Below, one piece after another: positions 36,039 to 47,775 of a DNA stretch of 64,000 bases. The translations under genes and the position numbers were made by a program. Each line of letters starts with the position of its first letter. Position 1 is the stretch's first letter. Below the pieces are notes generated by a model. That model searched no databases, was not told where the DNA came from, and saw only the letters and a program-made list of their open reading frames with translations. This stretch comes from Leucoraja erinacea (lineage: Eukaryota): assembly GCF_028641065.1 (NCBI RefSeq), contig NC_073410.1:9238001-9302000 (forward strand), in the 5' to 3' direction.

Positions 36039-37302
36039 AACCTGGTGTGCACAATCAAGTAAGATCAAATAGAACACGTTGTCCTACAACTTTAGACTGT
36101 GCACGCCATACGCAAGAAGAAGACGTTGTTAAAAGAAAGAAAGAATACATTTGTAAGGTGCTTTGCAGAACCTATGATTGCCTCAGTGCAATTTGCATCC
36201 ACTTTTGTGGTATAGTCACCTTTGTAGTTTTGATATTTAGTGACAATTAAGAATCGTTCCAATATTATTCCAGAATGGGGACTCGGAAATGAATTGAAAG
36301 CAAATGTCAGTATCCTCCTCCCCTCTTATCTCATGGAGGATTTATTTGGCATCTGACCTCCAAAATCTTTTGGCCGCTGCCCGCGTTAATGTTGCATGCG
36401 TGCCGAATGATTCAATCAGATCTAGCGAGTTTCTACATCATGTGCGAATATTCCCAATTACCAGCCAGGTTGACTAAATCAACGGGCTTGGCAAAGATTT
36501 TGCTGAAAATAATTCAGCTGGTCATGTGTGTATATCCGTGTTGAAGGATTCTGCTGGAGATGCATTGGAGCCGGGTGATATTGATTCCACGCGCATAGCC
36601 TCAGCAACAGGGTAAATCGATATGATACATGTGCAATCCTGAGAAGAGTTTGGCTCCTGCAAAATCCCCCGCGGTACGCACACGCCGCCGTTCAAAGTTA
36701 GTCTGACTTTACCGACCGCTTTGACACGTTCGGGGTCTTTGCCCCAAGTAATTTGAGATCAAAGTTTAAAGTACTTGGCCGGTGCGAAAACGGAATCGAG
36801 CATAATAGCAGTAAATTATGTCGAAATACGGTGATTGTGTGTGTGTGTGTGTGTGGCCCGAACTCCGTAAACTATTTGCAGATGAAGGCAACTTCTGGGG
36901 TGTCTCTTGGTATGAGTCTTTCTTTCTGGTAATCCCCTCCAATTTGGGGGGCAGTTAAGCGTATTTCCCTCGTCTACCTTGGTTTGAGGGTCTCTTTCTC
37001 GGCAGGGCTCTGAGCACGTATCTTTGGAAATGAGATATATCGCTATCGGTCGCCCCGCGCTCTCTCTCTCATTTCTCTGCGGGCTGGGGTCCAAAAGGGG
37101 GGAGGGGGAAGAAAAGGCTTTGCTCGGGTACGGATCTCAATGAGTTGGGGTCTACCTCTATGTTGCGGTGCCTACTTCTCGCCCCTACCCCACCACCTCT
37201 CTGTCTTGGAGTATCTCTCTTTCATCTGGGATCCCTCCTCCGTTGGGAGCTCTCCCTGACCGGGTGTGGGGCGGGGGTTAATGTGCTGGGCCGCTGTCCT
37301 AC

Positions 37303-37407
37303 CTTGGCGACTCGAAGCGGCATGTTTTGTTGGGATCCTCCATGTAGCCTGAAACCCCAGGGCGCGCCACCACTCAAGGTGACCAGGGTTTCTTCGCCGG
37401 TCCCCAT
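37303..37407 (-). CDS. SYNPO2L: SYNPO2L coding exon 1 (start codon, PDZ N-terminal part; 105 nt)
   Basis: MGTGEETLVTLSGGAPWGFRLHGGSQQNMPLRVAK has the PDZ GAPWGFRL motif. Donor AAG|GTAGGA at 37302; phase 0 matches exon 2. Confidence 0.95.
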
Positions 37408-37720
37408 GACCTCCTCGTCTCTTCAGCAAACGCTATGTCCCCGGGAGGTCTCCATAGCCCTGGTTCTCGCCATCATTCACATCTTGAGCGAGGTGACTGG
37501 TTGCGGCCGCCGGGAGGTCAGTGCGAGACACTCGTTTGTGCTCTCCTCCCCACAGTAAAGCAGCAACAAACGTAAGGGGCTCTTGGTTGAAAGCCAAATT
37601 TCAGCACATGTTACGTCAATCTCACAGCGCTACTGTGGAAAGATCCATAAGGAGAATGCAAATGCCTGAGTTAAGGTTTAAAACACCACTTTAAATGTCA
37701 GCTGAAGTGCCCCTTCTTGG
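37408..37720 (-). promoter_or_regulatory. Probable SYNPO2L 5' UTR and proximal promoter
   Basis: CpG-enriched region (about 36.4-37.6 kb) around exon 1. CRE-like TTACGTCA near 37611 and E-box CAGCTG near 37699. The TSS cannot be determined. Confidence 0.45.
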
Positions 37721-38799
37721 TTTTATCTGTTTTGTCAGCACCAAAAACAACACCAAAGGCATAATGCTGGGATATGCGATTAGGTACCAATTGTTTCCAG
37801 GATTTGCACAGCGAGTTGCAGCGAAAGTATTTTGGGACGTGTGTTCAATTCGAAAACTTAATTGTGAAAGGATAATATCCGTTCCTGATTGTTTCGGCCA
37901 TGCTCTGGGTTCCAATTTAATTTCGGTTTAGATTGCAAAGAATAACATTGAGGTCGTTTCAGGTGTTGAATATGCGGACACTCGCTACGCCAGAAATATT
38001 AATTGTGCACATTATTACATAGGAATTGCCGCTTCACAACATTAATGCCAAAACAGCGTTTGATTCTGCAGGAAGATTTGCTTGAATAAGTCACAATGTT
38101 ATGTTAAAATTGGATCGTTCAAACTGTACAGTCAAATACATAGCATCCCAGTCACTGTTGCGCGGTTGGAAACGAAGCAGCTATTTTTTTGCCTGACAGA
38201 GCGATTTATTTCAGTAAGATTTTCACAAATATAAAAAGTATCTCTCTCTCTCTGCACAGATGCTGCTTGCATTCCTGAGTCCAATTCAGATTTATTTGTG
38301 TTTTTTCCCCATATATTGTTTAATTATCTGCTTTGCAATAGTTACATTGGGATAGTTAATATTCGCCTAAGTAAACAGACCCGAGATGAACTTATGAATA
38401 CACTGTACGGCCATTCAGCCCATCAGGTCCATGCCAGGTCCGCAAAGACCATTTTTTTTCCCTCGGGAGTCCTGCAAATAATTATCTTACATATGGACAT
38501 AAAGGTTTGTTGTAACTCAAGTTATTCCTTCACTCCATAGATGCTGCCTCACCTGCTGAGTTTCTCCAGAATTTTTGTCTACCTTTTGGATTCCTTGCTC
38601 TCTATGGGGTGGGTCAGATTAAGTCCTCAACCCAGAACATTAATGCAACTTCTCATTGCCAAATTTGCTGAATGTTTTTTTTGGTTTAAATTTAAATCGG
38701 CAGCACCTTTATTTTTTATGATGACTTTGAAAGGCACTGAGAGTATGGATGCTGAGAGGTTGTTCTTCTAGAGCAGGTGTCTGCAAGTAGTAGCCCAAA

Positions 38800-39560
38800 G
38801 TCCGATATCTACTGTTTCCGTGGTTCGATGTGTGGACTTTTATACATCGGCGAGACCAAACATTGACTGGGCGATTGTTTTGCTGAACACCTATGCTGGG
38901 TCTGTCTATACGAGGTTTCGGCCTGAAACGTTGCCTATTTCCTTCGCTCCATAGATGCTGCTGCACCTGCTGAGTTTCTCCAGCATTTTTGTGTACCTTC
39001 CATTTTCCAGCATCTGCAGTTCCTTCTTAAACACTGGGTCTATACGACATGGGCTTACGCGATCTCCTGGTTGCCAAACACTTTAACTCCCCTTCCCATT
39101 CTGACCTTTCTGTCCTGTGCCCCCTCTGATGTCAGATTGAGGCCAAACCCAAATTGGAGCACAAATTTTGCTTCGACAGCTTACACCCCAGTGGCATGAG
39201 TATTGATTTCCCTAACTTCAAGTAACGCTTGCAGCCCCCTCTTTCTCTCTCCATCATTCCTCCATCCTAGTCATTGTACTAGTCTCTCTCTCGGTGGGTT
39301 TCATTGAATGTATAACTTGTTTTCTCCTAGTCCGCAGCTAACAACGTACCACATTTCCTTGATCATCGTTAAGTTTGTCTGCATTTCTTTCATTCATCTG
39401 TTCTATATTTCTCTTTATCATTATCCATATCTCGCGTTGCCATTTCCCCTGACTGTCTGAAGAAGGACATATGACTAGTGTACTGGAGTCTGAAGCAGGG
39501 TCTCGACCCGGAATGTCACCTATTCCTTCTCTCCATAGATGTTGCCTGATCCGCTGAGAC
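38800..39560 (+). mobile_element. Penelope-like element relic: GIY-YIG endonuclease remnant plus 3' pLTR
   Basis: From 38807: IYCFRGSMCGLLYIGETKH*LGDCFAEHL. After a nested insertion: DLLVAKHFNSPSHSDLSVL...PSGMSIDFPNFK*. Downstream is CTGAAGCAGGGTCTCGACCCGGAATGTCACC. Confidence 0.85.
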
Positions 39561-39799
39561 CGAGGGTCACCAATGAGGTAGATAGTTGTTCAGGACTCTA
39601 ACTATGAACCAGTCCATTTAACACAACCACGGGGTCTTTCTTATAAATCAAACTGATCCCCATCAGCTAGATAGAAACAAAAGCTGGAGTAACTGAGTGG
39701 GACAAGCAGGATCTGTGGAGAAGGAATGGGTCGAGACCCAGTTACTCCGGTATTTTGTGTCCATCTTCGGTGTAAACCAGCATCTGCAAAACACATCCT

Positions 39800-40500
39800 T
39801 ATCGGCTTACGAACGGGGATGGTTGGGGATCAGGCCCTGCCGTGCTGTGTGTGTGGGGCCTGGGGCCGCCTCCCTCGACCGACGGCGGCAGCAACTCCTT
39901 CTCCTCTCAACGCCGGCAAATGGCGCCGGGCTTCACTGCGCGCAGTGAGCATGCGCCACACCCGGCAGCTTGTTGTGCGCCGTGACGCAGCGCGTGCGTC
40001 ATTGCGTCAGCACGGCAGGCGGGCGGGCGAGAGACGGACGTGGCAGCGAGCGGAGAGAGGCCTCGGGAAGGCGGTGAGTAGCCGGCGGAGTAGTCGCGGT
40101 CGCGGACCCGGCCGGGGGGGCTCGGGCTCAGGCTTTCAGCCGGCTCTGGCATGGACTGGACCACCGGTGGGCGCGAATGGCATAGGCCTAGGCCTTTGCT
40201 TGACGGTGTGAGGCCAAGGCTTAGCCCGATGTAGGCGGTGGATGGGCCGGGGCCGGAGACGGAGCCGGCGGCTGGTAGCTGGGGCCCGGCCCGGCCCCAT
40301 GCAGCCTGGGGCAGTCGTGAAGCGTTAAGTGGGCTGGAGCTTCCAGGGAATCGTCCCACGGGAGTGCCACAAGTACAAGGCCTCCACTCCCTCAGTTCAG
40401 GGCCTTGCCGGCGTTTCGTTGAAACAGGTTTGCGCCCAAAAGGCGGGTGAGGCCAAGTCTTGGGCCTGAAGAGACGGGAATGATGTTGAGCAGGATCCTT
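39800..40500 (+). promoter_or_regulatory. SEC24C: CpG-island housekeeping-type promoter of SEC24C
   Basis: Very GC/CpG-rich. YY1-like AAATGGCG (39918), NRF1-like GAGCATGCGC (39947), CRE-like TGACGCA/TGCGTCA three times (39983-40009), GC box GGCGGGCGGG, and GACGTGGCA (40037). Confidence 0.8.
40010..40073 (+). other. SEC24C: Probable non-coding first exon of SEC24C (5' boundary uncertain)
   Basis: Strong donor GCG|GTGAGT at 40074 within the CpG island. The ATG-containing exon at 52706 starts with an acceptor, so an upstream exon is required. Confidence 0.6.
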
Positions 40501-40884
40501 TGCTGGTTTCGACGCATTTCCGCATTTCCCCCCCCGATTCTTAACATACGCTGGACTCCTCCGCTGTACAATTTCCCTATTGAACCCTCTTGACCATGTG
40601 ATGTGCCATTGGTTGAGGCCACTTTATTTACTGAAGTTGTAGTATGAAATATTGTAGCGTATTTCAGTGCATCCTGGCGCATCAGATGGGGGTGTGATCA
40701 CCTGCAGTTGACGTTTTTTTACATTTGTTCTCTATCTCTCTACATCATCGTCTCTCTCTCGTTTCCCTTTCCCCAGACTAGTCTAAAACAGTCTCGACCC
40801 GAAACGTCACCCATTCCTTCTCTCCAGAGATGCAGCCTGTCCTGCTGGGTTACTCCAGTTTTTTGTGTCTATCTTCTTTTTTTT

Positions 40885-41345
40885 ATTTAGAGTCATAGAT
40901 TAAGACAGTGTGGAAACAGGCCCCTCGGCCCAACTCGCCCACACCTAGTCCCACTTGCCTGCGTGCGCTTGGTCCATAACCCTCCAAACCTGTCTTATCC
41001 ATGGTTACACAAAAAAGCTGGAGAAACTCAGCGGGTGCAGCAGCATCTATGGAGCGAAGGAAATAGGCAACGTTTCGGGCCGAAACCCTTCTTCAGACCG
41101 ATGGGGGGCGGGGGTGGGTGGGGACCTCCCACTGTCTTATCCATGTACCTATCCAACTGTTTCTTAAATGATGGGATAGTCCAAGCCTGAACTACCTCCC
41201 CTGGCAGCTTGTTCCATACACCCATCACCCTCTGTGTGGAAAATGTTACCTCGAGGATCTTTTCCCCTTCACCTTGAACCTATGCCCTCTGGTCCTCGAT
41301 TTCCCTACTCTGGGTAAAAGACTCTGGGTAAAAGTACCCGATCCA
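40885..41345 (-). mobile_element. CR1 3' fragment interrupted by a pLTR-derived element (about 41004-41131)
   Basis: Minus-strand peptide MGVWNKLPGEVVQAWTIPSFKKQLDRYMD. 14-bp duplication CTGTCTTATCCATG at 40990-41003 and 41132-41145. Confidence 0.85.
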
Positions 41346-41407
41346 TTTGTGGAATGGCAGAGGTTCTGGAGAAAACTTATCAATGCATCAAAATGCAACT
41401 GATTTAA

Positions 41408-42875
41408 ATATTTTTATTTGACTTTCACAGCAATTTGCATACATACAATGGTAACAGACAGTGCCGGTCAAGGCATAATTGTGCAACAGTATGTAAGCGA
41501 CCCTCAAAGCCCTTGCCCTTACCCACCTTCAACCCACCCGAATCGGGTCGAAACCAAACAGGAACAAACAACACTCACATACATACACATCCACACAAAT
41601 ATGGTAAGATAAACGAAACAAAAAGTACTTATATAAAAAAAAGGTCACTAATAACAGTAATTAAATAAATAAGTGGGGGGTGGGGGGTGTTAAGGGGAGA
41701 GCAGCTGCAGTAGAGCAGAACAATGGTGGAGAGCACTCAGTCTTCTTCCGAGTCCAGGGACAAATTGAGAGAGTTAACAAGTTCCAAGAAAGGGTTCCAT
41801 GTATCTAGGAATGTCTTGGTAGAGCCTTTGAGAGAGAACCTAAGTTTTTCAAACTTTAAATTGTAAAGCACCTTCTTAATCCAGCGGGTGTGTGTCGGGG
41901 GACAGGTGAGCCTCCAGCAAGATCAGTCTCCGGGCTAACAAGGTTGTAAAAGCTAGAACCCGTTTCACCGCAACAGAGAGGTTGGTGTTGGGAGGGGTAC
42001 CAAAAATGGCTGACAGTGGGTTTGGAGGAATAGTCTGGCCGTAGGCTCTGCTTATCAAGTCGAAAGCACTCCTCCAAAAGGCTGCTAGCTTAGGGCAAGA
42101 CCAAAACATATGGCTATGGTTGGCAGGAGATTGATTACATCTGTTGCAGGTGTCCCTAACAGCGGGGTAAATTCTAGATAATCTTGCATTTGTGTAGTGG
42201 ACTTTGTGAAGGACTTTGCATTGGATTAGGCCATGACGGGCACATATGCAGGAAGAATGGGTCAAGTCCAAGGCAGAGTCCCATTGCTGGTCTGTTAGTT
42301 TTCTATTCAGCTCGCCCTCCTACGCAGCTTTTAATGAGGAATGAGGTTTCAATATAAACGACCCTAACAAGTTATACAAAACAGAGATGCATTTCTTCCG
42401 GTTGGGATCTAGAGCTAAGATGGTATCGGTCAGGGTTTCAGGGGGGCGATTTGGGAAATGGGGGAATGTCTTCTTCGCAAAATCCCTAATCTGGAAAAAA
42501 CGAAAAAGGTGGGAGTTTGGGAGGCTATAGTTGGACGAGAGCTCCGCAAAAGACGAAAAGATGCCATCCTTGTATAGGTTTTTGATACTACTGATACAGT
42601 TGCTATGCCAGGTTTTGAATGCGTGGTCTGTACTTGAAGGTTTAAAGATGTGGTTTTTAAGCAGTGGGGTCAAGATGGAAGGGCCTTGTAAACCAAGTTT
42701 TTCCTGAGTTGACTCCATATCTTGAGCAAGAGGGATGAAATTGAGCCTGCACCCACAGATGTTATAGAAGGGGCAGTTGGGAGCATAGGACAGACCGCAA
42801 CGGGAGATGTGAACTCGCCTTTTCCATGTGTACCCAGGTCGGTAGGTGGTCGCAATCATCATTCATCCAATACAG
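41408..42875 (-). mobile_element. L1-clade LINE, 5'-truncated (ORF2 C-terminus plus 3' UTR)
   Basis: ARHGLIQCKVLHKVHYT...CNRCNQSPANHSHMFWSCPKL (CCHC knuckle) and FFQIRDF are typical of fish-type L1 ORF2; frameshifted. Confidence 0.9.
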
Positions 42876-43074
42876 GAGTTTTGCAACTTTTACATTAATC
42901 TGACCGAAGAGATGAGTGAACATCTCACCTGATAGAGGAGATGAGTTGGTCTCACCCGAAAGTTGAGATGAGTTGATTTAACTGTACAATTGTCTTGTAT
43001 AATGAAGTGCAGTGGACAACTTGCATGCTAATAAATCAAATCAGATAATACTATACACATATAACCAAGGCAAA

Positions 43075-43610
43075 ATGTGTAGGAAGGAACTGCAGGTGCT
43101 GGTTTACACACAAGATAGACACAAAAATCCAGCGTAACTCAGAGAGTCAGACAGCATCTCTGGAGAAAAGGAATAGATGATGTTTCTGGTTGAGGCTCTT
43201 CAGATTGAGTGTCAGGGGAGAGGGAAGCAAGACATATGAAAAGGTACACAGATCGTCCAGTCTGCACTTGGCATCGCTGATATCGGAGTCCAGACCTGGA
43301 ACAGCGGATACAGTAGATGAGTTTGGAGGAGATGTAAATGAACTCTTTCTTACCTGAAAGGACGGTTGAGGTTCTTGGACAGAGTTGAGTGAGGAGGTAT
43401 ATGGTCAGGCATTGCACCTATGGTTGCTGGGGAAGGTACCTGGGGAGGCGGTGATTTGGGTGGGAATGTTAACCAGTTGCTGTCTAGGGAAAGGGGGGGA
43501 GATGGTAAGACGTGACGAGTGGTGGGATCCCGTTGTAGTTGGCAAAAATGTTGGAGGATTATGTCCTGTATGCGACGGCTGATGGGGTTAAAGATGAGGA
43601 CTTGCGGCAA
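43075..43610 (-). mobile_element. Second Penelope-like relic (linker plus GIY-YIG N-terminus plus pLTR)
   Basis: VLIFNPISRRIQDIILQHFCQLQRDPTTRHVLPSPPLS and SSKLIYCIRCSRSGL, followed by a pLTR ending CTGCAGTTCCTTCCTACAC. Confidence 0.8.
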
Positions 43611-44229
43611 GTACAAGTACAAAATATGGAACGATGAGCAGGGTACAGAGAGCAGAATATAGATCTCGGTGTTGTATCGTAGTACTTCTAGAGACAAAGT
43701 TCAATGTCTGCAATGAGGCATGCCGGACAAGATCCGAGCTTATCGAAGGACCGATCAGAAGTCTGAATACAGAGGCTCACCCAAAAAAAAGCTGAGTTGA
43801 TGCCTCACCAGACAGAAGGCTCGTTTAGCAGTGTGGTGGTACTCCATAAAGAGTAGTATCCTCTGGCATTGCTTTACTCAGTCAGGTTAGATTATTGTGA
43901 TTGCACTTTTATTTACTCCAGGCCAGCTAAAGAAAGGTCCTGGCCAGAAACATAATTTGCCTATTCCCTCCACAGATGCTACCTATCCATTTGATTTCCT
44001 TTATTTTTTTTGATCAAGATTCCAGCATTGGCAGTTTTTTCTGAATTGTTCGAGAAGTGGTTTTGTCAGCACCTTGTAAAGCATTAATTTTCAGGTGAAG
44101 CTACTCCTGAGGTGGGACATGGATCCACAGACTTCTGATGTGGGAGTTGTCCACTAATCAGTGCCAACACCTCCTCTGGAGATACATTTTGTTCACACTT
44201 GAGGACACTTGTTCCTGGATAGTTTGAGT

Positions 44230-45120
44230 TGTAGAGCTATACAGCAGAAACTATCTCTTTGGCTCACCTTGTTTAATCTGACCATGTTTGGACCTTTTGG
44301 CTCATCCCATTTTCCTATATTTGACCCATAGCCCTCTGAACTCTTCTGATCATATATTTGTCAAGAAGGCTTTTGGAATTTGTAATTGCATTTGCTTCTA
44401 AAGCTTGCTCTGGCAGTTCATTCCAGATACGGACAATTTTCTGAGTGGAAAAGGTTACCCCTGATGACCCACTTAAATCTCTCTACTCTCATCATAAGCC
44501 TTTGACTTCTAGTGTTTGAATCTTCTACCCTGGGGAAATTAGCTATGAGCGTTCATGTGATCCATGCCCCGCATTATTTTGTCAACCTCAGTAATGTCAT
44601 CTCTCGGCCTCCTACACTACAAAGGGAAAAGTCTCATCCATTGCAACCTCTCCCTATAACTCAAGCCAACAGGTCTCAGTTACATATGGGTATTGTCTTC
44701 TGCTCCCTGTCTAACTTAATAACACCCTTCCTTTAGCTAGGTGATCAGAACGGCTCACAGTACTCCAAAGGCAATCTTGCCCATGTTGTGAGCCGTTCTG
44801 ATCACCTTTGTACAGCTGTATTATGATGTCACAACTTTTGTACTCTATGTTCTTCCCATTGAAGGCAAGCATGCTAAATGTTGCCTTCACTGTCCTGTTC
44901 ACATGACTTGCCACTTTCAGGGAACTGTGCACCTGTACTCGCTGATCTCTCTGTTTTCCAACGTTTTCCAGGGCTTATTGTACACACCCTGCTCTGGATT
45001 GACATATCAAAGTGCAACTACTCACTCATGCCAGACTTAAATCGCATTTTCCATTTCTTTGGTATCTACCCAAGATCCCATTGTAAACTTGGATATGCTT
45101 CCTCACTGTCAATTTTCCTC
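44230..45120 (-). mobile_element. Degraded CR1 LINE fragment
   Basis: HSSLKVASHVNRTVKATFSMLAF...IEYKS..IIQLYK is a CR1 post-RT motif. Confidence 0.8.
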
Positions 45121-47374
45121 TTTGAACAGCATGAATGAGATTCAACTGAGTTGTTAAATTATTGGTTGTTGGTTCATGAGAAATTGGTACCAGTTAGGTG
45201 TACTGGAAAGTTTATGATTGTGGTAGATAGGCTGGTGATTTTTTTGCCATGCTGCTGCATTGAGTTGTTGTGCATCCAAGGATTGCCTGTTGGGGAATCT
45301 CTGAAATCTAATGGTCTTGTGATGTATTCAAATTTGCTAAACTGGAATTAAGCCAAGCTCAGTAATAGCGTAGCATCTTTAAATGGACTACAGTTTTGAT
45401 CATTCCCCATGTGCCCACCTAATCTTGTAGGTTACAGATGTCTTGTGTGCATATTCCAGCACACATCTTGCCATTTCTAGTGACTTGTTGGAACATAAAG
45501 AGAAGAACATGTATTTTACTTTAAGATTGTTAGATCACTGCTTTTATATCACTTCCCAGGATAATGTGGGAGAGTATTTCTTCTTAGACTGAGCCGCAAA
45601 TTCAGCTCAAAGCTATGTAATCGCATTTTTTCTTTTATTATTTTATCTCCATCACTCTGGGCAGAATCATGAAGTGGTTGCATTGTTTGTGTTGCTGCCT
45701 ATTATGAGAAAAAATATAGATGCTGTTACTTTCCATTCACTTGTCAAGTTTATTTAAAAAATGGCTACTTAGTCTGCTTTCTCAGCCCTTTCTAAAATCC
45801 TATTCCAACCACATCTAAAATCCTAAAATCATTATTGGGGGCTTCTGCATTTTCATATAATCTTTACTCTGAAGTATTCTTTCCCCATTCCCTGTTGTCA
45901 ATATACATGGCTTAATTTTAACAGCCCTCTCGCATGCCTTCTGCTCTCATTTCAGCAGTTTCTCCCAAGTTCTATCACCCATTAACTTCTTACCAATAGC
46001 TGCTGAATATTTTTGACCCATGTCAGTTCTTTGTCCTGCAGTACATTGTTTATTAGTGCATGGTCTTCTAATGCTAATATGGCCACATTGCATAGGTGTC
46101 AATGACCTTTTGCCCTTCATTTCCACTCATACCTCTGCTTTTCCTTTATGGTTGGCGACAGCTTTCCATTTGTCATATAATGTGGATTTTTTAACTTTTT
46201 TTTGTCAGAGGGCTTTTCTCCTCATCCAAGTTGTCTGGTTTTGAGAATTTAAAAATATTTGTCCACTGAGTACTCTGCAGTGAGTACACCGCAGTCTTCA
46301 TAGGAACATACTATAGAACTTTATTTATTCAAGGGAGGAGTAGATAAATAAAGTTCTATCCTATCTTATGAAGGCTATGAACTGATTATTAATTTTGAAC
46401 AGATATCTGAGAAGATAAAGTAAAATAAAACTACTTGGTGATAATTAAACCACATGGGACTTTAGAACGATGTTGAAACAAATTATAATTTGTTGCCTCG
46501 TCTAGATCACGTGGAAGGTGAGCAGAGTCCATGAACTAAGTTTCTTTTAAGGATAATCCAAAATACCTATGGTAAATGCAGCTGATTACTGTGTGTCCTC
46601 TCTTTGCTCAACAGTGAGCATGAATGGTTGCAATAAAACACATTTTGACCAAGTTTTGTTCTGAATTCAGTGTGCAAAGACCAGAGTGATTTTAGTGGAA
46701 TAAAAATGAACTGCAGATGCTGGTTTATGTCAAATCGGACACAAAATGCTTGAGCAACTCAGCTGAGACTCTAACATTTTGCATCTACCTGAGGTGATTT
46801 TAGTGGACTGTCAATTGAAGAAAGATTAATCAGTGCTTCCTAAATTATAACTGCTTTCCTAAAACCTATAACTGAAATGATTTACTGTTTTGCATATGAT
46901 TTGTCTTCAGTGATCAGTTACTGTGAAGTTGCAATTAAGGAAGATTGGCCAATATGTGATGAAGCTTATAACAATAAAAGATTTTAATAACATGCAAGAT
47001 CCTGAACGGGAATGGCAGAATAGATGTTGTGATATTGTTTCTTCCAGGGACTTTGTGCTACATTTACAGAATTTTGAAGTTAGGGTTGTCTCAAGTTGGA
47101 CATGTAAAACGAAGATTGTACTTTCATAGGAAAGTAAATCTCTGATATTCTCTATCTTTGAGGACAGTGATTGCTTAATCTTGGTTTATACATTCTTGAA
47201 ATTAAAACATTTTTCAATATTGAGCATATGAGGATTTGGGCAGGAACGTGGCAGGACACACAGAATCACCATGACGATTATCAGAGCAGCCTGTCAATTA
47301 GCATTCGTACTGCTAATCTGAAATATCAGTGTAAAAAGGCATGGTGTCGAACTAGGAAGTTTTGATGCAAAGGA

Positions 47375-47775
47375 CATGCAGTGCTGGAGGTACACAACAG
47401 GTCAGGCAGCAGCATCTCTGGAGAACATGAATAAGTGATGTTTCAAGACCCATCTTTAGACTTGACCCGGAACATCACCTATCCGTGTTCCTGACCGGCT
47501 GTGTTACTCCAGCACTTTGTGTTCTTTTGTGTATTAACCAGTATCTGAGTACAGCAGATTCTGGAATCTTGAGCAAACAAAAAAGTGCCAGAGGAACACA
47601 GCAGGTCAGATGGCATCTGTGGAGGGAAACTGACAGATGACACATCTGGTCGGAACCTTTCTTTAGACTCTGAGAAGGATCCTGGCACAAAATGTTGTCT
47701 ATCCACAGATGCTGCCTAACCCGCTGAGTTCCACCAGCACTTTTTTGTTTGCTCAAAATTCTAGCATCTGCCATC
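47375..47775. mobile_element. Two adjacent fold-back pLTR-derived elements (about 47375-47545 and 47552-47775)
   Basis: GCAGATTCTGGAATCTTGAGCAAACAAAAAAGTGC pairs with GCACTTTTTTGTTTGCTCAAAATTCTAGCATCTGC. GTGCTGGAG...GAACATGAATAAGTGATGTT pairs with AACATCACCTATCCGTGTTC...CTCCAGCAC. Confidence 0.75.

Noticed and set aside
39697-40450. ORFs of 70-161 aa across the CpG island
   Set aside because: Expected from high GC content; Arg/Gly/Ala/Pro-rich with no homology cues.
42908-42980. GAGATGAGT triplicate with CTGATAGA...CGAAA resembling another hammerhead
   Set aside because: The core spacing is wrong and no convincing stem I or III is present; probably a small local duplication next to the L1 end.
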